Assembly: GCA_051294375.1 (NCBI GenBank)
Contig: JBJCIZ010000029.1
Span: 1 to 46,478, forward strand
Length of the DNA: 46,478 nt
Direction: 5' to 3'
Origin: Paraspadella gotoi
Taxonomy: Eukaryota; Animalia; Chaetognatha
Part shown: positions 12,545 through 23,231 of the stretch, piece by piece
Position numbering within the stretch: position 1 is the first letter of the stretch
Layout of the letters: each line of letters opens with the position of its first letter
The notes under the pieces: generated by a model
Databases searched by the model: none
Told to the model about the DNA's origin: nothing
Seen by the model: only the letters and a program-made list of their open reading frames with translations
Made by a program: the position numbers and the translations under genes

Positions 12545-12657
12545 TAACCAATCAGCGACCTGGGCCTAGAAAATTAACGAACCAATCGGAGCTGATTTCA
12601 ATAGTCACGTGACCGAGCACGAATCACCTGCCCGGGCCGCATCCCGCCATTTTTTTT
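12545..12657. promoter_or_regulatory. Putative Pol II promoter motif cluster
   Basis: Two CCAAT boxes (CCAATCAG, CCAATCGG), a palindromic E-box GTCACGTGAC and a YY1-like CGCCATTTT lie within ~110 bp of locally GC-rich sequence. Confidence 0.45.
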
Positions 12658-12830
12658 CAAATCTTCTCTATTAAAGCGGTCAATATTTTTTTAAAACATT
12701 TAGGAGTTTTCTATTGTCAAAATTAAAGTTCACAACTTTTAACGACTTGAAGATGATGATATCGATTTTTCAACGCTATTTTACACGTGTCTTGGTTCTT
12801 TGGCATACATTTATTTTTTTTAAGATCAAA

Positions 12831-13146
12831 TGTTAGACTCGAAGACTCTTGAATCGTCTGAGTTCGGACTTTGTCACGAGATTTATCGTTTCTGATATTC
12901 TCATCTTTCGTGCAAACGTCGGTCCTTTTAAACAAAAGTTGTCATTTAGTCTCTAGACATTAATTATCTTATTCAAGCTATGAATCACAAAGCCTTAGGC
13001 TGAGAAATAAACTTAGAGAAAAACAGATTTGCTTGAAACCTAAAATCATGTCTTTGAAGCATCTTTTGATGGGACTCGCCGGGCTGAAAGTTTTTCTCGA
13101 ATATTCACGGGGGCGTTTTTGGAGACGAACCTGCGGTTCCTCACCA
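12831..13146. mobile_element. Diverged solo-LTR-like copy related to 14134-14542
   Basis: It starts TGTTAGA and shares both terminal blocks (TCTGAGTTCG..GTCAC..GATTTATCGTTT; TCGAATATTC.CGGGGGCGTTTT) with 14134-14542. Confidence 0.6.
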
Positions 13147-13823
13147 AACGTATCAGGTGCGTTTGTTTCATTTGTGATAAAACTATACAAATGCCGTTCA
13201 GTATTTAGGATTCGCCACATGCTTTATTTTGGGAAGAAATAACTTTTTTAAACTCTTCTAAATTAACTTAACATTTATATTTTTGTTTATATGTTATGAT
13301 ATTGTATTTAAAATATTTTTGCATTTAAAATATTTAAAAAAAAGTAAAGCAATATGTTTCCCACCCAAATTTTATTTTCTATTATCATTTTTGATTCTAT
13401 ATCAAAAGCGAATGTCAGAAAAAGAATGATGGATGTCAAACTAGAGAAATTTACTTTACTATTTTACTTTTTTATTTTACTTTATTTACTAAAATTAATC
13501 ACTTTTTATCATTAGGAGTTTTGTAATATATAATTAATTTGTCCATTAGTGATAATAAATATTTATTAATTAGTGAAGCACAGTATAACATTGAAGCATT
13601 TAAATATTTATTAGATTTGAATCCGACAATATTATGAATGTGACAAGTCCGGGTGTCCTGTTCCTTTTTCTCAGCTCTTTTAAACTGAAAGTTTCTAAAA
13701 AATTTTTTTTGTCCGAGCCAATATTGAAATTCGCCTTTTTAATGTTTTTTTTTTTTGCTTTTTTCAGTTAATTCTTTAATATAATAATCTTTAATCAAGT
13801 TATTTATTTCAAAAAAAGATTTT

Positions 13824-13987
13824 GGCTAAATTTTACTTTCGCCGACCGCGGTAATGGCGGCTTTTAAAAAATTATTTAAAAATATTTTAAAAAAAATATT
13901 ATTTAATTACCCTAACCACCGCTAATCCTAAACATCCCTAAATCTCCCTTAACCCTAACCCCTCTCTAACCCTGGTCAGCGTAACCC
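13824..13987. mobile_element. MITE with GG...CC termini, 8-bp TSD and internal degenerate (CCCTAA)n (Merlin-like)
   Basis: Flanked by AAGATTTT at 13816-13823 and 13988-13995. The left end GGCTAAATTTTACTTTCGCCGACCGCGGT is inverted relative to the right end of the sister copy at 22059-22088. Confidence 0.7.
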
Positions 13988-14133
13988 AAGATTTTATATT
14001 ATTATATTTAGGTGAAGGTATTAAAGAGCTAAAATATCTAAATTGTTTTTTTAAGACTTATAAATCTAGAGAAAAGTTTGAATGTAGTGGCAACAACGAA
14101 TTTGTTTTATTATTATGAAAACGGACATGTTTC

Positions 14134-14542
14134 TGTTAGATCCAAAGACTCGCGAATCGTGATATCTGAGTTCGAACTTTACTTCGTCACAAGGATTTAT
14201 CGTTTGGATCATTTCGTCATTCGTGCTTTAGTTTATTCATTGATTTTTGAGTTTATACTGATTTTTGTAATTCTTTTGAGTGTTTAAATGATTTTGATAA
14301 TCATTTTTTATTGTACTGTTTGAATATCTATATGCTTTGATTATTTTATTAAGGTACCCTTTTTAAACTCTTCATAAACTCAGAGAAATAGACTATTGGA
14401 TAGTCGATCTGCTCAAGCCACCAAATCATGCCTTTGAATCTCTGGACTACCGAAGCATCTCGCCGGGGTTGAGGAGTTTCCTCAAATATTCGAATATTCT
14501 CGGGGGCGTTTTAGGAGGAGGACGGACCGGCGGGTCCTAACA
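14134..14542. mobile_element. Solo LTR (409 bp), probably Ty3/Gypsy type
   Basis: Termini TGTTAG...CTAACA with a 4-bp TSD TTTC (14130-14133, 14543-14546). Removing it restores the inverted-repeat arm exactly. Confidence 0.85.
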
Positions 14543-14972
14543 TTTCGGTTCACAATACGAACCTTCTTCAGCGCAAAAAAGGGTTTTGACATTTGATAAT
14601 TTTTTTGCATTAAAGAAAAGAGAGAGAGAGAGAGAAAGAAAGACAAATGGAGAGAGGGCAAAGTTTCCAACACAGAGTTGAGACAGAATAGTGGTCAAAT
14701 GGTGAGGACAGGTTAAGTTAAGGACAGATAGAGTAAGTTTGTGAAGGGAAATTGAAATGTGTTTATACATTGCACAATGTATCATTAAACTCTCTCTCTT
14801 TCACATTTCAATTTCCCTTCACAAACTTACTCTCTGTCCTTAACTTAACCTGTCCTCACCATTTGACCACTATTGTCACAACTCTGTGTTGGAAACTTTG
14901 CCCTCTCTCTGTTTGTCTCTCTCGCACTTTTCTTTAATGCTAAAAAATTATCAAATTTCAAAACCCTTTTTT

Positions 14973-15013
14973 GCGCTGAAGAAGGTTCGTATTGTGAACC
15001 GAAACATGTCCGT
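14973..15013 (+). ncRNA. Minimal type I hammerhead ribozyme, intact core
   Basis: GCG-CTGAAGA-A-GGTTCG-TATTG-TGAACC-GAAAC-ATGTC-CGT: CUGANGA and GAAA boxes, stem II, palindromic ACATGT stem III, GUC cleavage triplet and a short stem I (GCG/CGU). Confidence 0.85.
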
Positions 15014-15613
15014 TTTCATAATAATAAAACAAATTCGTTGTTGCCACTACATTCATACTTTTCTCTAAATCATAATACACAACAAAAAGAAAGGAAAATA
15101 ACACAATGACTTATAAATCATATATTTTTTTTCAGGATAACATGTTTTAATCATAGTGTTAAGAGAATATTAATCTAAATATTTCTGTCTTCCTTTTCTC
15201 CTTTATTTTCCCTAACGGACTTTTAGCGTTGTTATTTTGTTGAATTTTATTTTATATTTTTTCCTTTTTTTCTAGAAAAAAAATCTTTGTTGCTTATCGT
15301 TAAAAAGGTTTATATTTTGATAATTTTTTTTTTTTGTGATTTCACTTTTAGTTATTGGACTATCCGGATACAAGGTAAAATGATACAAATAGATGGATGA
15401 ATGGCAATTGTAATAATATTTTGGCTTATTTTTACATTCGACGATCGAGATTTTGCGGTCTTTTTTTGTTGTTTTTTTTGCTTATGAGCGACGTATAGAG
15501 ATATCACTTTTTATTACAAATCCCTAACCACCCCTAACAACCCCTAATCCCTAACCAACCTTAACCCAATTGCTAACCGTTTAAAAAATATAAATTTTTG
15601 TTTCCTTTCCACG

Positions 15614-15870
15614 TTTGTTTACGTACGAGTTTTATTAAGAACAAATTTCCGTCAGTTTTCGCTTCAATGTAAAGCTTCATCAATCATCATTGTAAAAACG
15701 AATTAATTGTGAAATAAATATTTTAACAGACTTTGAAGTTTGCAGAGAGAGAGAGAAAGTGTCAGAAAATATTTGTTTCACAAATAAATCGTTTTTGCGC
15801 TGATTAAAGCTTACATTGAAGCTGAAAGATGTCCGAAATGTTTCTTTATAAAACTCCTACGTAAACAAAC
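15614..15870. mobile_element. Old inverted pair of degenerate hammerhead/pLTR fragments
   Basis: GCG-CTGATTA-AAGCTT-ACATTG-AAGCT-GAAAGATGTC-CG at ~15797-15835, with a diverged inverted partner at ~15614-15685. Confidence 0.55.
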
Positions 15871-16099
15871 AATTCATTTTCTACCTTAAACATAAAAATA
15901 GCAATTAAAATAAATTTAAAACTTATTTATTATAAAAATATAGTATTATTAAACAAAAAAATGCATATTATTGCGCAAATAGGGAAAACAAAATTAAATG
16001 GATTAACAAAGAACCGACCCTTGGTAGCTAGTTGGTTGAGTACGCCGAATAGTAAAGTTGCCCAATTTTTTTTTTCAGCTCTACCCGAATCTGAATTTG

Positions 16100-16245
16100 A
16101 AAAAAAAAGTTTGAGCAAACAATGTCGGATCTGTCCACGATTATAGGAGGTAATTAATTAATTAATTCAAACTATATAAACTAAAATAATAATTTAATTA
16201 ATAAATTAAGTGAATTATAGTCGGGATTTGCTAATAAAAATTCTT
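16100..16245 (-). mobile_element. Internally deleted HINE-like copy (both ends of the 36803-38044 family)
   Basis: AAAAAAAGTTTGAGCAAA..ATGTCGGATCTG.CCACGAT is joined directly to AAGTGAATTATAGTCGGGATTTGCT. Confidence 0.7.
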
Positions 16246-17553
16246 GATTTATAGTAATACGATAATTCTGTTATTAAATATACATAAAATCTTAAATTTT
16301 TAAATGGATCCCGATTTTAGGGACTTCCTCGAAACCGACGGGATTTGCCTTCGACCTTCAGGTTATCGAAAGAAAAGGAGAGATGTTTTTCGAGTCTTTA
16401 TCAGCGTTTAAAATAAGTTTGCTTTTCACAAACGTAGAGAAAGAATATCCAACAAACTTTTTTAATTTACAATGAAAAACAAACATTTGCCTAATTAATA
16501 AAACTCTTCGTTTTATGCAAAATTATGAAAATTCTGGATCAAAATAAACCTTAATTACATTTAATTCTCATTTTTTTCTTAGGTGGATGACATAATACAA
16601 TGATTTTTCAGATGAACCGTGTTGCGGCGCTTCTCCTTGTCGTGAACTTCTTTTCGGATGGCATGGATGTCTATTACGCCATTTGCGGTAGCAAACTTAT
16701 TGCCATTTTCTTCTATTCATTATTGAATACATTGTGATTGTTTATTATTTTTATAATCTNNNNNNNNNNATAACTAGATAAAAACTATTCTGTTGTTTTT
16801 AGTGTACAAAGTCGGGAGTTGTGATTATCTTACATTGGTTACTAGTTTAATCTACTTTTGATGAATGATATATTGAAATTTGAATGGAGGTGTAAAATTT
16901 TTTACATTTATTCTGCCTCTAAATTTATTTTTTCTTGTTAACAACAGTAATATAAAGTAGAATTTATATTAAAAAAATAATTTTTACATTTAAAAAAATT
17001 TAAGTTTTGCGACTTGGCGCAGCAGCGTTTACAATATTTATTGAGAATAGTTTCTGCAGTGATCCTAAGTCATGCCGTCATACTTATTTAATTTTATGTA
17101 TTTAATAAGTATTAATGTATGCTTTATATTCTTTATCATTGTATTGGTTCTCGTGGCGGTGTATGATCATCCCACTCGGTTGTGTATGACCGTGCAAAGA
17201 AGGAACCGACACCAGGAAACATCGCGAAAGCGGTGATGGAACGGATCCGGTCCGAGATTTTCTGTTGAACCAAGAACGAAGAGGCGTTAAACATGGACGT
17301 TCTTAATCGCCTCAACTCAGCCGAGAGTACCAAAACCGAGTGAACAAGAGGAAGGCCGCTGACTTTTGAATGCTTATTTTCTTGTCGCAATCGCGCTATT
17401 ACTATACTTTATTTTTTCTTTTCAGGGATTTTTTTATAAATTTTCTTTATTCATTGATAAAGCGTGTATTCAACTTCCGTTGATGCAGCCTTATCATATA
17501 AACTACGTCATTTTTTACTTGCAACTTTTTTCCTAACCTTATTTCTCATGCTT

Positions 17554-17782
17554 TATGGTGGACTAAAATCCACCAACCGTTCATCAGCGGCCATTGGTGC
17601 CGGAGGCAAGTCATTCGCCTCCCAACCCAAAGGTCCGGGGTTCTAGCCCGGTGGTCGTCTGGCAGAGGGACGGGGCGCTTAACCCGCCTGTAACATGGTG
17701 TTACAGCCTGATCCGAAGCTCAGGGACTGCTTATATTGAACGGTTCTGTCATTAACACTTATCAATAATTACTGTCTCTTCA
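17554..17782 (+). mobile_element. Full-length family A tRNA-box-containing repeat (SINE-like)
   Basis: 5' hairpin, then a tRNA-Gly(CCC)-like segment (TGGTGCCGGAGG ... TTCGCCTCCCAA ... GGTTCTAGCCC), then a 3' block ending ACTGTCTCTTCA that is shared with the other copies. Confidence 0.75.
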
Positions 17783-17786
17783 GCTT

Positions 17787-18361
17787 GCTTTATTATTATC
17801 TGATTCTATTTGTCAAAAAATCCCAGAAGACTGTGTAGCTAATTTATTACAGAGTAGTAAATTGACATATTTAGATGTATCTGCTTACAGTGGGGCATTA
17901 GTTAGAGACCTAATTGGTCCAACCGGTTATATTCGTTGAGATTTAAATTCGCATGGACAAAATGATATTTCTAATAAATTAATTCCGGTGTTTCTCCAGA
18001 TATTGCTTTACAGCAAATTAAAGAAGAAATTAGAGAATTATCTTGTAAGTTATTTTGTACTTATAGCAATCTGATTTTGTTTCACATTCCATTGTGTCAA
18101 AGGAAAAAAAAATTATGTTTGTGTACTCGATTTCCAGAATCAAAAGATGATAATTATATTAAAAAGGTCAATCAAATTATTAGAGGTTTTAATGTAAGTG
18201 ATATACGTTGTAGATGTCATGTAAACAAAAAAATTTTTATTAGACCAGAAACGTTTGATAATTATGAACATTATCTTTCTCAAGACGGAATACACCTTTC
18301 AGATTTTGGTAAAACTGTTTTAATGAAGGAGATTAAATTAGCGATTTACTATTATTTATAA
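17787..18361 (+). pseudogene. Decayed SGNH/GDSL hydrolase (esterase) domain
   Basis: All four blocks occur in order across frameshifts and stops: LLLSDSI (block I), AYSGA (II), HGQND (III), QDGIHLSDFG (V). Confidence 0.75.
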
Positions 18362-18583
18362 ACTTACATAAATAAAATTAAACTTAAATAAATAATTTTT
18401 ATCCTATGGTGAGGCGAAGAACCTTGAGCTTCTTTTGAATAATTTGATAATATGGAAGAATAAATAAAAATTATGAAAACTGTACTTATCAGATTGATTC
18501 TTTGTACATTGTAAGTGGAGTTTTTATGTTCCGTAATGATTGTTTTGTAAATTGTTTGACACGAAGATAAGCATGGGTTTGTT

Positions 18584-19143
18584 TTGAAAATAATACGGCC
18601 TTGTGCTGTTGAAATTTATGGAATACAAAAAATATCATATAATGAAGTTTTTCAACCATTAGAACTAAAAATTACTCGTATTGAAAACCGAAGTATTTCT
18701 AATTTGGTTATTCCTATTTCCAAAAACATTGGACAGTACAATTTAACTCAAAGCATATTAACCAGTCTTATAGATCAAAAACCATTTTCTGATGTTGTTA
18801 TTGATGCTTTTTTTTATTCTGTGTACACTGTACACTCTATTCAAGAGTTGTGCTTATGTTTATCTAGGTTCTCTAAAACATAAGTTTCTATGTGCATATA
18901 ATATACCCCTAAAATTTGGTATAACATTTGATGGTTTATTAGGCTATGATTGTTTTATTTCATTTATTAGATTTTGACAAAAAATTGTTTATAACTTATG
19001 ATCCGCTTGGACAAATCCGGCAGTCAACCATGCGCAAAATTTATGATCTTATTTGTGTATTTTTTTGCTATAGAAAAGGTTTAGACATTAGCATATGGAA
19101 GCACTTAGAAGTTAGATTTAGGATCAGAAGCTTTTGTGGGTGA
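18584..19143 (+). pseudogene. Decayed Ulp1/SUMO-protease (peptidase C48)-like fragment
   Basis: FSDVVIDAFF resembles WLNDEVIDFY, LLDFDKKLFITYDPLG resembles L.D...K....YDSL, and a terminal SFCG resembles the catalytic Cys context. The frames are broken. Confidence 0.55.
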
Positions 19144-19219
19144 GAGGATGTTGGAGGGTTTAAAATAGTTTCCCAGAGGCTTTAAAAATCGTTAAACAAT
19201 AAACTGTATTAAATTTTTA

Positions 19220-20874
19220 GGAAAAAACTCCTAATTTTTTCGGCCTTTTCTCGTCATGGACTCTGGCCAACCTGGCCGCGCGATGAAAAGTCCACCACGA
19301 TCGAGCATATCCCTTTCCTCTGTCTCGCGGTCTTTGGGTAAGTCGTTTTGAATCCAGGTGTAAATTAATGAAAAGTGTTTGTTTTTGTCATTGTTAATCG
19401 TTAAGTATTGGTATTATCTTTTTCTCTTTGATTCCCCAGGCAATCTCTGGAGTTACAACTACGTTCATGAACAGTCTTGTACTGAAGAACATTGAAATCT
19501 AAAAATTTTTTTTTAATTTCTTAATTTTTACATACGCCTATATTTATACATAGTACTTATCATAAAAAATGCCAAAATTTTAAAATATTTTTTTTTACTT
19601 TTTAGGCAGATTCGAATTCCTCTTAAAAAGTTGAAAGGAAAAAAATTAAGTCTTAATCAAAATTTTTTTCATTAAGTTAGCTAAAAATTAAAAAAAAAAA
19701 ATTGTATACTAAAATTAAATTAACTATAAGTTTTCAGGATTTTAACCCACTTAATAAAATAATTTTCTTAAAAGAGTTAGACATTGTGTTATAGACTTTC
19801 TTTTTGTTGTGTAAAGGTGAAAAGTTTTAAATGAATTTCAACAACGATTTTTATTTGAAGGCTAAAATGCAAGGCAAAACATGTCCGATTTTCCTCTGAA
19901 AATAAAAATCGTTGTTGAAATTCATTTAAAACTTTTCACTAAAAAGAGTTATATTTCCTGTTGCGCCCTCAGGACGCCATCGGCTGCGTTCAGGACGTCG
20001 AGCGGGAGATGGAGAAGCGATGGTTTAAGACAAAAGTGGGCAAGGAAGTGTAAGGGAAGGATGTTGGGTCCGCACTTCCGCCACATAGACTCGGATCTTG
20101 GATCAATGACCCATTTTTCAACGCGCGGATCAATTGTTTAAAAGTAAAATCTAGATTAAAACTCCAAAATTTGTCTTCATTTAAATTTTAATCTCTTATT
20201 TCGACACTCGATATTTAAATGGATTTAAAATTTATAAAGTGCAAAAATTAAACTTACTAATGAAGCACCAGGTATCTCTGAATCAAAGCGTTGGGTATAT
20301 TATGCTTTGACTATCTTTTTTCGTGCCACTTATTTTTGGACTCCTCCCTCTAAACACCCACAACGAGCAGGTGTCGCTGATCAACCCTACGCAGCGCCTT
20401 GTCCGCCGAGCGGGCGGGCTACACGACGGCGCTCACGATTCTCATCAATCCTCCGGGACCGTGGAAGGAGGAAGTGGTGCGGCGCGAACGGCACGAACTG
20501 CACGGGCGACACCTCGATCTCGTCGACGGATATTTTAGGTTTTTTTGGATGATTTTATGAGGATGATGATGATGATGAAAATAAGATCACTTTTACCAAA
20601 TATATCTCGTGAGTCAAGCTTTTTTGCTCGAAATTTTGTCTCCCACAGAACTGATTACATAATTCAAAACATGTTGAGAGAGTTGATCAACGCCGATGAC
20701 TCTGATGCATCATCTATGGTGAGACCGAATCACTTTTCTTTTTTATCCTTTCTTCTAATCACCTCCCTCCCGTTCTTTTCTTGTCAGCAAGGTCCGCTGT
20801 GTGCTCCATCTGCCTCATCTGCGATGCTCTCGGGTCGGCGTCCTATTCTCAACGCCCGTCAGTTTAAAATTTAA
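19220..20874 (+). other. Unidentified spliced gene or pseudogene (exon-like GC-rich blocks)
   Basis: Blocks at ~19221-19337, 19440-19495, 19973-20040, 20371-20530, 20649-20718 and 20788-20870 have pyrimidine-AG acceptors and some GTAAGT/GTGAGA donors. No consistent frame or family could be established. Confidence 0.3.
19783..19940 (-). mobile_element. Short Penelope-like pLTR remnant with inverted repeat
   Basis: Inverted repeat 19818-19858 / 19900-19939 surrounds a decayed hammerhead (..GCAAAACATGTCCG). It carries the reverse complement of the TACACAACAAAAAGAAAG...ACACAAT tail seen at 15076-15107 and is flanked by AAAAGAGTTA direct repeats. Confidence 0.65.
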
Positions 20875-21313
20875 CTGACCTTTTATGGCATCAATGACGA
20901 AAGCAGCCGGTTTTGCCAATGTTCTTGCTGTCGCCAAATCTCGTCTAGCTTTTGCTAGGGCGACCTTCGGCTCAACATTTCCCATAATTTTGTGAATGAG
21001 ATAATTTCTTTTAAATTGTTATCATATTTTGAGGAATAAATATTGTGTGCTTTATTTAACTTTGGGCCAGATTGATCGCGATTGATATGTCACTGCTAAA
21101 GCATGGATCAATATTAAAAAACCTTGTCTTTACACTTTGCCATGTTAGAAATCTTTAAAAAATGTGTATAAGTTTTTTTATACTTTGACGTAGGTCATTA
21201 AGAGTACTTTGTAGATGATTAATTACAACGCGAGGACAGGCTTATTGTTTAAAGGCACATGTAACTAGTTGATAGTTTAAACCTTAAAAGCATTTGCATG
21301 AATAAAGTTAATT

Positions 21314-21569
21314 ATAAGGCAATGAGAGGATTGCCTATGATACCCAGGGCGAGGGGTATCTCACCAACTGGCGTAGGGGCTGCTGACCCTCAGTGACCGC
21401 TTCTGTCACTGGCATGTTTAGACTGGCTCCGTCACATTTAAGCCCGAACCAGGATACCCAGGGATTGAACCTGGGATGCACGGTTGAAACAAGATGATTT
21501 AGCCTGCTCAGCCATTGAGATGAGGCCGAGGACAGACAGCAGTAAGGCAGCTCTAGGTCGTACTGCCAC
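21314..21569 (-). mobile_element. Family B element with internal tRNA-like A/B boxes and terminal hairpins
   Basis: It is absent from the paralogous site at ~27020 and has AATT on both sides. The - strand has A box TGGCTGAGCAGG, B box GGTTCAATCCC, a 5' hairpin GGCAG..CTGCCTTA and a 3' hairpin GGCAAT-CCTCTC-ATTGCCTTA. Confidence 0.75.
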
Positions 21570-21780
21570 AATTCCTTCTTAATTGCACTGCTACTTGACT
21601 CGCAAAGCAAGAGTCGAAACATGTGCAATATAATCTGTTAATAAATTGTTAAAACTAATAAAACTTTTATTACTTATATTACTTTTAATTATTACTTATA
21701 CTACTCACAGTGCATATGACTTTTAAAGAATTAATAAAACTTTCATTTTCGAATTTTCGACTAATTGTTATTGTTATTAT

Positions 21781-22088
21781 GGCTAAATTTTACTTTCGCG
21801 GCTTTTAAAAAAAATTTAAAAATATTTATTTTTTAAACCAAATTTTGTTATAATTTCCTTTCTTTTCGTTGCGTTGGGACATAGGAAAAACTGTCCTTAA
21901 CTGAAGAAGGTTCGTAAACCGAACCGAAACATGTCCGTTTATTGTTATTAAATAAATTCGTTGCTGAGTCACAATTTAAAAAAAAATTTAAAAAATATTA
22001 CCTAATTACCCTAACCCTAAAACCACTCTTAACCCTAACCCTTCCCTAACTTTTCCCTAACCGCGGTCGGCGAAAGTAAAAGTAACCC
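21781..22088. mobile_element. MITE with (CCCTAA)n, same family as 13824-13987; contains a nested hammerhead fragment
   Basis: TIRs TTTTACTTTCGC / GCGAAAGTAAAA; degenerate 8-bp TSD GTTATTAT/GATAATAT. Confidence 0.7.
21901..21940 (+). ncRNA. Minimal hammerhead ribozyme core (stem I apparently lost)
   Basis: CTGAAGA-A-GGTTCG-TAAAC-CGAACC-GAAAC-ATGTC, then AATAAATTCGTTG and CACAAT. The insert is flanked by duplicated TTAAAAAAAATTTAAAAATATT-like sequence. Confidence 0.8.
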
Positions 22089-22448
22089 GATAATATGTTA
22101 AGAGAAAATGGTTAGTATATGTTTGGAAACTGCTAATATCAGCGGTAAAACCGATAGCTTGCAATAGGTCCTTTTCCGCAATTAATGATGCTTTTCCTCT
22201 ACCCTAGCCTTCGCTGTCGTTAACGCCACCAAAAATTAAGTAAAATTTATTAAAATTTGGAGATTTTGGGTATTGCGCCCAGTGACACTTTCGTTGATGT
22301 ATTTCCAGATTATCACGTGACTAAAAGGATGAAATAGTCTAAAGTTAAGGGCAAGATAGTTTGTTAATTTAATTAATGAATAATTTTATATTAGTACAGT
22401 ATCTTATAGTTTCTTTTATTTGTAAAGTATTAATTATAAAAATTAAGT

Positions 22449-22580
22449 GGTAAAATTTTACTTTCCCTGACTGGGGTTTTGGCGTCCTTTGAAAAACCAT
22501 TTAAAAACATTAATTTTAAAAAATTATTACTTAAATACCTTAGCCATTTCTCACCCCCGTCGGCGAAAATAAAATTATGC
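22449..22580. mobile_element. Diverged third copy of the GG-terminal MITE family
   Basis: GGTAAAATTTTACTTTC ... GTCGGCGAAAATAAAATTATGCC. Confidence 0.55.
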
Positions 22581-23231
22581 CTTGTCGATACCTCATTCAA
22601 GACCTAATTTTATTTATTTTTTATATATATTTTTATGCCGTTCCATGGAGAATAATGTCAATATTCACATGCAAAAAACAGTTTTTAAATTCCTACAATG
22701 GTTTCCAAGATATAGTCATAAACGTCAGCCTTGAAAGGCAAAATTTGTTGGAATAAAATTTTTAAGTTTCTCCTTAGATATTTTTACGCGCTAGTATTAA
22801 CTATTTAAAAAAAATAGGAAACGTTTCTCTGATTTCTTAAACCATAAGCCATAAATAAATAACGATGGGCACAACTGAAAGTAATAAAGTTTTCATAAAT
22901 CCTTTTAGATTTTTTAAATTTCGGTTTTTCTAGTTTGTTACCTTTCACCGTTTCTTTCACTTTTCATCCTGATCGTAACTTTGTTTAGAAATTCGACCAA
23001 GTGCAGTTTTATCAGAATTTTGTCTCGTACGGTTAGTTTAATTTTTTTACAGTTATCTGCAATAATAGAAGCAGTAATTTAAATACTTAAAGCTGCTAAA
23101 ATATGCTTAAATGTCCTTTAGTATCTCAGAGAACGTAACACACGATCTTTCATTTTTTTAACTTTTATCAGAGAACAGGAAACAGACCTGATCTCAGCAA
23201 CGCCTCCTTCGCCTTCGACCGGGATATAATA

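Larger units (their letters stand above)
14067..15107 (+). mobile_element. 5'-truncated Penelope-like insertion with inverted pLTR copy and hammerhead ribozymes
   Basis: Long inverted repeat (14067-14133 plus 14543-14761 versus 14802-15067) flanked by the 12-bp direct repeat GACTTATAAATC (14055-14066, 15108-15119). It ends in ACACAAT. Confidence 0.75.
20996..22232 (+). repeat. Diverged duplicate of 26683-27482, with different insertions in each copy
   Basis: Colinear blocks 20996-21313, 21570-21600 and 22103-22232 match 26683-27050 and 27357-27482. Confidence 0.85.

Noticed and set aside
17586-17660. Functional tRNA-Gly gene
   Set aside because: The anticodon stem does not pair and the sequence is embedded in a longer multi-copy repeat.
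22005-22062. True telomere or chromosome fusion site
   Set aside because: The CCCTAA run is short and degenerate and lies inside a TIR-bounded MITE.
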